The notes below the pieces were generated by a model. It saw only the letters and a program-made list of their open reading frames with translations, had not been told where the DNA came from and made no database searches. Source: Pseudogymnoascus verrucosus (lineage: Eukaryota). Taken from it: DNA of 64,000 bases. Of the stretch, positions 36,201 to 47,430 are shown in pieces (position 1 is the stretch's first letter; every line of letters begins with the position of its first letter). The stretch is from the NCBI GenBank assembly GCA_001662655.1, contig KV460256.1; one strand, written 5' to 3'. Position numbers and translations under genes: made by a program.

Positions 36201-39200
36201 GGTTTAGACATGCTCTAATCGCGAAATCAGAAGCGTCCGTCTTAAGGACGATCTTCTTTGTAGGGTTAAATGTCGTAAGGATGGGTGCCTCCGTAAACTT
36301 CGTTTTAAGTTCCTAGAAGGCAGCCTCCGCTTTATCTGTCCATTTGAACACGAGATCCTTCCTAGTGAGCTCCGTGAGTGGTTGAGCTACCTTAGAATAT
36401 CCCGCAATGAACTGACGGTAGAAGTTAGCGAAGCCTAAGAAGGCTTGTACTTCCTTAACTGTGGTTAGTGTTAGCCATTCCAACACTGCCGTGACCTTTG
36501 CTTAGTCCATCTTAATGCCGTGCGTTCCGATAATGTAGCCTAAGAATTCGACTTGGTTTTTATAGAACTTACATTTCTCTAGCTTCAACAGTAGGTTGTA
36601 TTCCTTCAGCTTCTAGAGGACGAGCTTAACATGCCGAGCATGTTCGTCCCTGTTTGCTAAGTATACTAGTATATCGTCTAAGTAAACGATGGTGAATATG
36701 TCTAGATATTCATGTAAAGCGTCATTCATTAAGCGTTGCATAGATGCGGGGGCGTTAGTCAACCTAAAGGGCATGACTTGATATTCGAATAGGCCATAGT
36801 AGGTGCAGAATGCTGTTTTCCACTCCTCGCCGTTAGCTATCCAGATTAGGTTGTACGCGCCACGCAGATCTAGCTTGGTGAAGATCTTGGCTCCTTAGAA
36901 TCTATCGTGTAACTCATTGATTAACAGTAAGGCGTATCGATCCTTTATCGTTATGTTGTTTAATGCTCGATAGTCCACGCAGGGTCGTTTGCTCCTATCC
37001 TTCTTAGGAACCCATAACATCGGGCTTCCTGCAGGAGATTTGGATGGTCTAATAAATCCTTTCTTAAGGTTATCGTCAATGTATTCCTTTAGCAGTTTTA
37101 GCTCATCTACTAACATCTAGTATATTGGTCCGAACAGTAGACTCTTTCCTTCTTCTAAGGGTATTACATGATCCTATGGTTGGTGCTTAGGAAGCGCCTC
37201 GTTCTTAGGGCCTTCCTAGAATAGCTGCTCGTATTCCTTATACTCCACCGGTATACTCGTCGGTAAGGGTGCCTAGGCTAGGTCACTAGGCTCTATAGAG
37301 GTCGCATACACCTCGCGTCAGCCCTAGGATGGTTTCTCCCGTTGTGGCGTGTCCGTTCGTTGTTTACACGCGCACTGGCTCATTACAACTTTCTCGTTCC
37401 ACCAGTCGATCTAGGGGTTGTGTTTCTTGAGCCATGGCACACTAAGGATACATGCATGGTTGTCTATGTGTACAATGTCAAATTGGATCGTTTCCTTGTG
37501 TCCGCGTAGCATAATCATTTCCAATGGGACCGTCTCGTAGGTCACCATCCCCTTATTAGTCGAGATGGGCTCTCCATCTACAACTATAAGTGGGTAAGGG
37601 TCGGTTTTCATTTGCGTTTTGAAACCTTAAGCGTCTGCTACTTTCTTCGTTATAAAGTTGCCCGTTGCTCCTAAGTCAATCATGGCTCGGAGGTGTCGCT
37701 GTTGTATCTTAGCGACTATATATAGCTGCATGCTGCCTCCTGTGGCGCATAGCTGCTTTGTACTAGGCCTCTCTTTGTTACTCGCCGGTGGCCTACCGTC
37801 GAGGACTCCTAGTTTTTTAACTCGTCCGAGGAGTAATAGTGATGTTCATCATCCTCTATAGGCGGTCCTTGGGAAGATTGTCCTCCCCATCCTTCTGCTT
37901 CATCTAGCAGGTGCAGGTATTTCTTGTATACCTGTCGTTGTTTCTTCAACAGTAGTTCTCCTTTAGACTAACTTCGTCTAAGGGCATGAATTTGGTCTAT
38001 ATCCGTAAAGTAGACCTAAGGTGCAATTTTCGGAAATAGTCGATACTAGGTCTTTTTCCGTAGGTGACTCTCGCAGTCATCGTACTTGCAGTGTTCCTAG
38101 AATATATATGGGTGCTAGGGGTGATCAATCCTTAATGCATCCAACTTTGTCAATTCCTGTTCCTCCTTTGTCTTGCCCGTGAGCTCGGATTTCTCTATGG
38201 TTTTACGTAACCTTTCTACGTCTCTATTGATGGGTTCGTAGTCTATAGCAGCTTGGTCTGCTCGTAGTTCCTAGGGTTTAGGTCCCTAAGTGTCTTCCTG
38301 CTATTCGTCTTGCGCGTCATATTCCGCAAGCTTGTATTTCAACCACATAGTGGCTTCCTCAGAGGTGTGGTTCGCTCCTTAGGGCTCCCTTCCTCGTGGG
38401 TACCTAGGGCGGCACCTCATGGCGCGAACTACAACTTCCTAGTCTTGTCGAGTGCCTATCCATCCCGTCGGGGGTGGTGGTACAGGAATCGCTCTTAGAG
38501 TTCCTTGTCGAAGCATGGTCTGTCTGTAGACGTCGACCACTCCTAGTAGATTCTCCTTAAATGCGATCTCCTTCGCGTCTTCTTCAAACTCCTTCAGCTA
38601 GAGTTTCTAGGATTCCGTTAATCCCCTGTTTAGGAGTTCGTTCTCCTTCTCGAGTGATGCGTTGAAGTCGTTGAGATCTTCGTCGCCTGAGCTCTCTTCT
38701 TCTAGGGTGCTATCGCCCGTGATCCCCTAGTCGGGTTTGTTCACGAACATGGCGTTTAACTGCCCCTTCTAAGTGGCGTTAAGTTGTCTCCTGAATTTCT
38801 TATGTCCTCCGTTCCCTTTCTTAGGTTGCTTGCAGTCTTAGGCCATGTGGCCCGGCTTGTTGCAATTAAAACACAACCGTTCCTTAAGCTGTCGCTCTTT
38901 GTTTAGGTTACGGGGTCTCCCACTAGGCTTGAACGTAGCGTCGAGCTCTATGGGCTAAGGCTAATGACTCTTCTAAGTTCTCCGCTTCTAGGTCCATTGG
39001 TGGCTGGTTGTTCCTCCCTTCCTTTCGAGTTAGCGTTCGTAGTAACGATTGTCGATCTTCTAGGCCATCTTAATTAATTCTTTGAGGTCATCTAGTTTGT
39101 CCGACTAGGAGATTTCGTCCTTTACATGATCCTTCAGCCCCTTGTAGTATCGGTCGCATATAGCCTTGTCTCCCTAACTAGTGAGGGGGGCATGCTGCTA

Positions 39201-40224
39201 GAACTTAGCAGTATATGTAACTGCCGACCCCCTCTGCTTAAGGGCCTCGAGGGCTTGCACTACGTTTCTTCTTTCGTCAACGTCCCCGAAGTTCGCCTTA
39301 AGTTGCTTAACGAAGCTAGCCTAAGTGATGAAGATATCCTTAGTGCCTTGGTTAGCCGTCGTGGTGACTCTTCCGTCAGCTGCTTAGTGGCTCATGTAGT
39401 CCGTTAGGTAATTGGCAATCCAGTCGGAGGCTGAGCCCCTTAGGAGGGCCACTGCCCATAGGACTTGCTATACTTCAAAGGCAAAGTGCTTAGCGTTGAA
39501 GGCCATCTAGAGTTCCGTCTAGATAAGGAAGCTCTTAAGCTTCTTGCAGTCCCCATTGAAGGTGTCTAGGAATGCAATCTTAAGTTTGTCTAAGGGGTGT
39601 GGTCCCCTAGGCGCAGGCGTGGTGGTAGGTAATGGGACAGGCTCGACAGCTGCCTTGCCCTTCGACCCTACGTTAGATGCTGAATCGTTTCTAGCCATGT
39701 TGCTTGTATATGAGCCGGTACCTCATAGAAGTGGTGCTCAAAGTGTAACGCTAGGTCTTAAACTATAAGACTCATAGAGGTTTCGTTGCGTTGGTTTACT
39801 TAACAGAGGAGGCAGGGGATTAGACATAAAGGCTTTCATAAAACACGTTACAGTATATAACAAAATACTATATTGAGTTGAGCACGAAGCTCCTATCTAA
39901 GAACTAACTACCTACTTATATAGAGGCGTCGTGCCAAAGGGGACTGTGAGGAACTATAGGAACTGTAAGAGTTCTAGCAGTTCTTACGGTTCCATCACGT
40001 GAGTGCTATTCTAGTACCTATGCTGTTTCCGGTACCTGCAACTCTAGTACCTCCTAATTCCTAGGTGCCTAACTATCTTCCGGTACCTGTAAACTTAGGT
40101 GCTAGACACTCATTAGGTGCCTAATAACTGACCCTGCCTTAAGGGCGGTCGAATCGCTAACATCCTCATTACTACTATATTCGGGGTGTCGGCGATAGTG
40201 CCGCCGAAAACCCTAGCTGTAACA
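33243..40224 (-). mobile_element. Full-length family A chromodomain Gypsy element (6982 bp; LTRs 39744-40224 and 33243-33723), moderately RIPped
   Basis: Two 481-bp TG...CA LTRs, TSD CCTAT, gag ATG near 39698, zinc knuckle CFNCNKPGHMAxDC near 38850, protease MIDxGATGNF near 37670, RT YLDDILVY near 36675, RNase H, integrase, chromodomain WKDYEPTDNSWE near 34430, and PPT. Confidence 0.97.
33837..34403 (+). pseudogene. Family A antisense accessory gene, allele 2 (189 codons; Zn2Cys6-like plus coiled coil), with RIP stops
   Basis: MSSSKHTKIKER...CTRCERCETKCVMSGDSRRCAKCIKSNVKC (C-x2-C-x6-C-x8-C-x2-C-x6-C), then a helical E/R/L-rich region. One frame, with internal stops all TAA/TAG (RIP type). 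Confidence 0.85.
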
Positions 40225-40238
40225 CCTATGTCCTTACA

Positions 40239-40533
40239 AGTTCTTATAGTTCTATTATATATATGTCCTATAAGAGGTACTACACTTATTATAGGTACTA
40301 ATTCCTATAAGTGCCTTCCTAAGGAGGCACCTTACTCTATATAGGTACCTTTTCTAATAGGCACCTCTCCTTTACTAGGTACCTTCTAAGAAAGGTACCT
40401 TTTCCTAAAGGTGCCCTTATTAACTAAGCTACCTATAATCTCTATGTCCATTTCCTACTGCTAATTAGCTATAAGCTATTTTACCTTATTACTCTATCCT
40501 ATAGTATATAGGTTGTATGTTTTAGCTATAACA
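40239..40533 (-). mobile_element. U3 half of a family A LTR (alpha-type U3), truncated at a B LTR end
   Basis: Reverse complement matches 2196-2470 and ends ...TTTAGCTATAACA. Confidence 0.88.
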
Positions 40534-40674
40534 CTTAAGAGCTATAATAAGAACTATAGATTAAGTTAGAATTAGAAGAGGGAAAGAGAAATAGGTTAAT
40601 AAAGGGTAAAGAAATAGGTAGAGCATAAAGGGTTAATGTACTAGCTATAGTATTAAGGGTGTTACTAAGGGTAA

Positions 40675-42569
40675 TGTAACGCTAGGTCTTAAACTATAAG
40701 ACTTATAGAGGTTTCGTTACGTTAGTTTACTTAATAGAGGAGGCAGGGGATTAGACACAAAGGCTTTTGTAAAACACGTTATAGTATATAACAAATACTA
40801 TATTAAGTTGAGCACGAAGCTCCTATCTAAGAACTAACTATCTGCTTATATAGTGGCGTTGTACTAAAGGATATCAAAGATATTATAGATAACAAATATC
40901 TAACATATCGTTGTTATCCATTACGTAGGTCTTACGATATGATTAGGTCTAAGGACTAGAGGTCTCTAGATCCAACTAATCCTATAATGTCCCCTACTCT
41001 TAAGACTATAGGGCGTAGGAGCTACTTAGTTCCTATGCTCCTAGGTCGTGCGCCTAGCTTAGTCCCTAGGCCTAATTAGGTCTAGCGCTACTAATGTTCT
41101 AGCGCTTAGCTTAGTTGTTCGACCTAACAAGGTTGTACGCTGTCTAGTTTCTAACAGTAGATACTCTGTTCTAATATTAGAAACCTACATAGTCTATAGT
41201 TTCCTTAAGGGCTATAACACTAGGTCCCTCCCTTAAGGCCTAGTCCTAAGGCCTATTACTAACTAAGAAAAACGCTAACTACTTAAGTAGAGCAATGCCT
41301 ACTTGTTCTATAGGCAGGTTAGGCTGCGACTATATCTTCTTCTAAACATACTAAAATTAAAGAACGTCTTGCTCTAGCTTAACGAATCCTAACTACTAGC
41401 ATTAAGATGCTGCCCTATAGTTAATGTAAAAAGAAATGTGTAAAATGTGTTGTATTAGACGATTCGAAACGATGTAGTAAATGTATCTGTGTTAACGCTC
41501 ACTATAATGCTAGTGGTCCTTCCGCTAGCAACTAGGATAAGCTCGAATGCAAAGAACGTCGCTTGTAAGAGGAGGAGGAAGAGGCAATGGCTAAAATCCT
41601 TTGCCTTTGCAAGCAGCAACGTCTGTTCCGTTCCTAAGCTAAAGACATACTTCGTTAGGGTCTGAAAACTATAGACGAACTCAACGAGGTAGAGGAGAAA
41701 GAGCGTAAGGAAGCTAAGTCTAAAGAGGCCTTTCCTTACAGTCCTTCTACAACCGTCTCTAGGACTGCTGTCCCTAACCTAGACCTTTTCGCAGCCCTAT
41801 CTCCTAGGTTTTTCGAACGTTAGGGTGTCGACGGTAGAACTCCGCTAGCAGCTCTAGGCAGCTAAGGTTCCCCCTTAACTCCTATAAGTTATCCGTAGGT
41901 TCGTAACCTTTCCATTTAATTAAAAACTCTTCTTAGCGCCCTACTAACCTTCTATCTAGGATCGCCTTAACCTTATATTTAATAACTTCATTCTTAGGTT
42001 AGAGTTTAGTGTCTGTTGCAATTGGGGTATCCCCTCTTACTAGTTCTAATAATGAGACATAAAATACTAGGTAGAGTTTAGAGTTCTTAGGTAGCTGCAG
42101 TCTATAATTAACTAAGCTGACTTTGTTTAATATCTTAAATGGTCCTAATTTCTTAAAGTCCAACTTCGTACTTAGTCGTTTCGTTTTGATGTGTTTTTAG
42201 AGTAGGTATACTTTATCCCCCTCCTTGAAGGCAGGTTCTATACTGCGCTTCCTGTTTACATATGTAGCGGATCGTTCATTTAAGAATTGGATGTCCGTCG
42301 CAAGTTGTTCGTGGAACGATTTTAGTTATTCCACCACGATTAGGGCTTGTTCAGCTCGTGCCTCGTCCGGTCTTGGTTGCCTATATGCTTCCGGGTCGTG
42401 CGCCCGGCTCAGTCCCCAGGCCCAATTGGGTCTAGCGCCACTGATGTTCTGGCGCTCGGCTTAGTCGTTCGACCCAACAAGGTTGTACGCTGTCTGGTTT
42501 CCGACAGCAGATACTCTGTTCTAATATCGGAAACCTGCACGGTCCATAGTTTCCCCGAGGGCCGTAACA
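40675..42569 (-). mobile_element. Internally deleted family A element (1895 bp): 3' LTR 40675-41219, accessory gene, chromodomain/integrase tail, distal part of 5' LTR
   Basis: TSD GGTAA on both sides. PPT at about 41220-41240. Integrase tail joins the LTR U3 at about 42390. Confidence 0.92.
41332..41865 (+). pseudogene. Family A antisense accessory gene, allele 3 (178 codons), RIPped
   Basis: (M)SSSKHTKIKERLALA*RILTTSIKMLP(Y)S*CKKKCVKCVVLDDSKRCSKCICVNAH(Y)NASGPS...EAMAKIL...ILR*GLKTIDELNEVEEKE...GVDGRTPLAALGS*. Confidence 0.82.
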
Positions 42570-42766
42570 GGTAAAGGGAAGAAGGAAAGAAGAAGAATAA
42601 GTAGCTAAGATTTATAATAATAATAACACTACTATATAGGCTAAGTAGACACGTCTATCCTAAACTCCTAAACTATTTGGCTACTATAGTAACACTATAA
42701 TAAATTTAATATAGGCTAAATAATTCTTAGGCTTAAAGGGGCTTAAGCCTTAAAAGGGGGGGTAAT

Positions 42767-42983
42767 TGTTACAAATAATATCACGTGCAGACAGTAATCA
42801 CGTGCGAAGCAATGCCAAGTCGGAGGAACTTCCCTCTAAAGCCCTAGCGTAGAGTATATAGTAGGAACGTAGACCTCTAGAGGAGGGACAGCGTTTAGTC
42901 TTGTAATCTACAGGATCTATATACGCGTATACGATTGAAGAACGTGACCTCGTACTGCCCCCTGTTCGTTGAAGATCCTTACA
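42767..42983 (+). mobile_element. 3' LTR of a third LTR family (217 bp), closing the TE nest
   Basis: PPT AAAAGGGGGGG followed by TGTTACA...CCTTACA, at the switch from AT-rich to normal composition. Confidence 0.7.
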
Positions 42984-44064
42984 GCAGGATGGAAGGAAGA
43001 CTGTGCTCGACTTATATCCTATCTCAGGCTCCGAGAAACAAATGGACTTTTCCAGACGTGGTTGGTGGCCTTGAGGATTCATCTGACCTGACGGGGATTC
43101 GTACGTAAAATGGTCTGTATTCCCAGAAACGACCAAAATTCTCCCTTTGGCAGGCGAATAGAACACAGCATAGTATATAGGCCGGTCGTGAAGCCTCAGC
43201 TCAACACCCAGTTGGAACACGGTGTAAATGGAGATACATGACATCTTGGATGACAAGCCCTCGTATCCCCACTCCGACGCACGGACCAGCTTCCAGAAAC
43301 GAAGAAACCCTCTCGCGCGAGACTTCTGAGACACTCTCATCTTGGTGTACGATCTCTCTCGCCCGAGATTACCTCTCAAACATGCAACAATCGAAACCAT
43401 GGGCTGCAAGCTTCTCTCAGGGATGATAAAATCAGCTTCCCTGGTTAGCTCTTCGGTGTTAGCTCCCCAAGATAGATAAAAACTCCATTATGATATGATA
43501 CAATATCTGATGAATATTTCACGGTAAACGTTCCCGACATTTTGATCATCACCTCTCCCGGCATTGTCAAGCATCCAGCTCCCATAATCTTATGGGCTGC
43601 TCATTTATACACGTCCTGCCACGCACAACAAATCATGATGATGGCTTCAACAGATCAAGTTGGCCCTTCATTGTCCCATACACGGCCGGCAACATCACCA
43701 AGTAGCCCGAATTTCTCATCAACCGAACACGTTGTCACGTTCAGCTATGCCCAACAGCTTCTTGAAACGATTGAAGCTATCATGGACATGGAGATTGCTT
43801 CTACTGCATCGAAGTGCAAGCGTCCGCAGACAACATCTTAGGTTGCTGGCATGTGACATATACGGAACCCCTAACTCTCAAACATGTTGAGAAACTCGTT
43901 TTGAAGCTTATGGAGATGATCAGTTCGATAGTAGAATTACACCTTGCATCCCGTTCATCCGTGAAAACACAATGTATTGAAGAGAGTTAAGAGTAACGAA
44001 GACGTTCAGGTTAATCCCGAGCTCGTATGTTAAAGCCACACCCTAACTACGCCCCTCACCATCT

Positions 44065-45807
44065 TTAACGGTAAAGGTCTCTGTGGTCACGCTTGATAGC
44101 ATCGGCACCCTTCTCAGCCAACATGTAGACTGAGTTCTGAATGCGACAGTCCGGAATAACAGGGATGACAGAAGCGTCGATAACACGGAGGTTCTTGATT
44201 CCGTGAACCTTGAGATTGGGATCTACCACACCCTGTTGGATGTTCTTGGACAGGCGGGCAGTACCACAAGGGTGGAATGAGGTCTGAGAACGATCTAACA
44301 CTGTTCTCTTCATCGCTTCATCATCATCTAGCGGCATGTCCCAAGGATATTCGTCCTCAACAATATCCTTGAACCCTTCGCCATTCTTGAGTACATCGTA
44401 GGTGAATCTGATGCCTTCACGAATAGCAATGATATCAAGGTCATTATTGAAGTAATTCAAGTTGATGTTCGCTTGCTGTAGGGGATCGGCGCTGTTTAGT
44501 GTAACCTCACCGCCCTCAGAGACTGGGCGAACGAGATCTACCATAACAGTCATGTAACTGCCCTTCTTGGGGTGTGGGAAGTGCCACTGGAAGGCACTAC
44601 CAAACAGAGGGAGGAAATCAATCTCAAAATGAGGCTGGCCATACGGACAGAAGGGATCGAGGCCACCATTAGCAGCCTTTGCCTTGCGGTACTCGGGGGA
44701 CTTTTCCAAGTACTTGTCGATACGAGGGAAACCGATCAACTCGAGGAAGGGCGATCCCATAGGGCCAGCGTGTCCGTTGGAGTAAGCTGCCAAACTTTTA
44801 TTCTGCAGAGGACCCTTTCGTAAGACGTGATTATCCATTGAGAAACTGTCTTTAAGACGGAGTACGAAGGGAACACCGGGGTGGTCCAAGAGGTGCTGGC
44901 CGACGTGGCGCGAGTCGACAATCACAGGGATATTGTGCTTAGCTAGCTCAGGCGCCGGTCCAATACCACTAAGCATCAGGAGCTTGGGGCTTTCAAAAAC
45001 ACCCTGGGAGACGATGACTTCACGGGTAGCATAGAAACTAAGCTCTTGTCCAGAGCTTGTGATCACAGTCACACCCTTAGCAGTGCGATCAGCATCGTCG
45101 ATAATCAGTTTTTTCGAATAAACTTCAGGAAGAATGGTGATATTCGGCTTGTTCGAGACGGCGAGGAAGCTTCCTGAGCGGCGGCCCTTATAGATGGTGT
45201 TGACACTATGTGTCAGACCGATCATCTCACCATCGAATATATTCTCAGTGACGGGCTGGCCGGTGGACTTCCAGGCCTTAGTGACAAGGTCACGGAAACC
45301 CTTCATCTCAGGGATAAGGTCGGCATGGGCAATCGGAATTGGACCACCGGCACCGATCTTCTTCAGTTCTGGTGGGAACAAGCCGGCGTCATCGTGGTAA
45401 GTCACACTCTTCCGAAGGTAAGGAACAAGAGGATCCCAGGTCCACTCCTTTCCTCCGTATTCCTCCCACATATCGAAGGTACCCTTAGAACCAGGCACCC
45501 AGGAGAAATAGTTTAGGGACGAACTACCACCAAGAGCCTTTCCGCGGGTGTTAGGCTTCTCAATACGCTCGTAGTCGTCACGCTTGACCATGGTCGTCTT
45601 GTAAGCCCAGTCGTACTGGCTGCCACGGATATCCATTGCGAGAGCAGGAGTCCGGATCTCCTCATTAACCTCGGAGCTGCCAATACCGGCTTCAACGACC
45701 AGAATCCTGGCATTGGGGTTTTCCGCAAGGCGGCTGGCAACGATATTGCCTGCCGTGCCACCACCAACGACAATAAAGTCAAAACGGGCACCGTCCTGAA
45801 CAGACAT
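44065..45807 (-). CDS. GMC oxidoreductase (AA3), formate oxidase-like; intronless, 580 aa
   Basis: FDFIVVGGGTAG FAD-binding motif. 'YDWAYKTTMVKRDDYERIEKPNTRGK', 'QTSFHPCGT' and 'PDCRIQNSVY' closely resemble Aspergillus oryzae formate oxidase as I recall it, including Arg in place of the usual second His/Asn. Confidence 0.88.
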   Translation of the reverse strand: MSVQDGARFDFIVVGGGTAGNIVASRLAENPNARILVVEAGIGSSEVNEEIRTPALAMDIRGSQYDWAYKTTMVKRDDYERIEKPNTRGKALGGSSSLNYFSWVPGSKGTFDMWEEYGGKEWTWDPLVPYLRKSVTYHDDAGLFPPELKKIGAGGPIPIAHADLIPEMKGFRDLVTKAWKSTGQPVTENIFDGEMIGLTHSVNTIYKGRRSGSFLAVSNKPNITILPEVYSKKLIIDDADRTAKGVTVITSSGQELSFYATREVIVSQGVFESPKLLMLSGIGPAPELAKHNIPVIVDSRHVGQHLLDHPGVPFVLRLKDSFSMDNHVLRKGPLQNKSLAAYSNGHAGPMGSPFLELIGFPRIDKYLEKSPEYRKAKAANGGLDPFCPYGQPHFEIDFLPLFGSAFQWHFPHPKKGSYMTVMVDLVRPVSEGGEVTLNSADPLQQANINLNYFNNDLDIIAIREGIRFTYDVLKNGEGFKDIVEDEYPWDMPLDDDEAMKRTVLDRSQTSFHPCGTARLSKNIQQGVVDPNLKVHGIKNLRVIDASVIPVIPDCRIQNSVYMLAEKGADAIKRDHRDLYR

Positions 45808-46460
45808 GATGAAGTGTATATTGGTCGAGTGAGATAATTGAAGTTGAACTCTTGTAGCTGTTGTTGGTATTATTGTTCTTGTTCGAAATATTCTTGTTGT
45901 CTAATGAGGGGGATGCCCGCTATATAGGAGGTTCCAAGCCCCCTCGTTGATAAGTGGTTCTTCATAATTGGTCTAGCCTTAGCCCGATTACGTAGCTACT
46001 ACTGACGGTGCTCGGCCAAAACTGGCATATTTGGCCAAAGCATTTCTGTAGATCAGTGGCGGTTGCCTTGGCCTGTTTCTCGCGCGAGAGGTCCGATACT
46101 AAGCTCTGTTGCAGCGCTGGTCTTCGCGCGATACAATCAGACGCAGAATCCCCGCACGCTATTAGCGTTATCAGCGTGCGGGGCATCTATGCTGCTTGGA
46201 CAACCCCCCACGGGCGAGTCCTGTAGTTGAGCAGGTTAGTCCCACATCTGGGTTCAAGAATCGATCGAGTTATAACCCCACTGACCGAGGGCGCGATACT
46301 GGTTATGGATAGAATGTGTTCTCCCGCTGTTGTCTCTGTGAATTCTGTAATAATCGTCATAGATGAGCTTGTTCAATGTGTCCCCTTTCTTTCGCGTGTG
46401 TTCGCCCTTCCTTTTCTTTTGGGTTATCCCCTTTATTTATGGTTTGTCCTGCTATTTGCT

Positions 46461-47430
46461 TCATATACCCTTGACTGCCCAATGAAACACCTGCACTAAT
46501 CTTGACACGTCCATTCCACCCCATTCCACCTTCTGCCCAAACCACTTATATACTTGTATCTCGTCCCGTTTGTTGATACCTTGCCGCTTCATCTCATCTA
46601 TGATGCTGGCTTGCATCTCATCCTCTCCCTCTCTTACAATGCTTATTATGGTTGGCATAATGATCTCATCAAACTGGCACTTGTTGCTGCCTACTCGAAT
46701 CCACCTGCCCCGCCTCTGATGCCCTTCCCTGCCAACCCACCTATGACATATCTCTTGCGGTACATGACAATTGAAACAACACGAATATGGGCTAAACAAA
46801 TGCCTCTCATTGACTTCTTCATGCACAACCACTCCTCTCGGACCCCTTCCCTCCCGTCGCCAATGCAATCCTGGATACGATGTGCCGGATGGGGCAGCTG
46901 CCGGACAACGCACAATGGACATCGCGTACTTAAATCCTCCAACTGTCCTTCAAATTCCCGTAGCTCCCGTCTCTCCTGGTGGGTTTGGGACTGGATGGAT
47001 ATCTGATGCTGCCCTGGCTCCTCCTGCTGTGCTTGGAATTCAAACTTCTCTTCCATGGTAATGCGCGCTGTGGTAACCCCTGATCATAACTAATCATGCT
47101 GCTTGAATTTGATGATTGGCTCATGTCATATCAATTCGCCCTGGGGTTGGGTCCCTGCTGCCTCGCCTGCTCGTGTCGGTCCTATTCTTCCCGCTCTTCT
47201 TCTCCGTGCCCCTGTTCGACATTGTATGCCTCCTGCAACACGTCCGCATCGGCTACCGTGGCATCCTCCTTTCCACAAACATCACAAACCTCCTCACCCT
47301 CCTCGCAACGCGCTCGGTTGAATCGATCATCCATGGCTTGATCTAAATGGATCCGCCGACATCGTGCACCGCTGATAAATCTATGAGCCTTGTCCTGCTC
47401 CGCACGCTTCTTATCCTCTCTTAGTGATGG
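46461..47430 (-). pseudogene. C-terminal fragment of a RecQ/telomere-linked-helicase-like gene; 5'-truncated and frameshifted
   Basis: CRRIHLDQAMD...CEEGEEVCDVC (RecQ Zn-binding), CPLC...H...C, CCFNCHVPQEICHRW...CQF, spread over several frames. No helicase core motifs present. Confidence 0.7.

Larger units (their letters stand above)
25448..40238 (+). mobile_element. Family B chromodomain Gypsy element (B-plus): 5' LTR 25448-25746, gag-pol about 26110-31475, accessory gene, 3' LTR 32953-33242 plus 40230-40238 (split by a family A insertion)
   Basis: Zinc knuckle CFK(C)xKxGHFxDKC near 27207, protease LID(T)(G)xNG near 27500, RT YLD(D)ILIYS near 28950, RNase H, integrase, chromodomain (W)EVxKIL...YxVS(W)VxYD near 31175-31255, and PPT before the 3' LTR. 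Confidence 0.93.

Noticed and set aside
16994..40538. Single A-type insertion spanning the nest, with TSD CTTAG/CTTAA
   Set aside because: One mismatch in 5 bp in AT-rich DNA, and the two LTR halves belong to different subfamilies.
42311..42390. Apparent disagreement between the two LTRs of the mini element
   Set aside because: The segment translates as integrase on the minus strand, so it is not LTR sequence.
42798..43409. 203-aa ORF on the minus strand
   Set aside because: Runs into the LTR at 42767-42983 and has no recognisable domain. At most a disrupted gene remnant.
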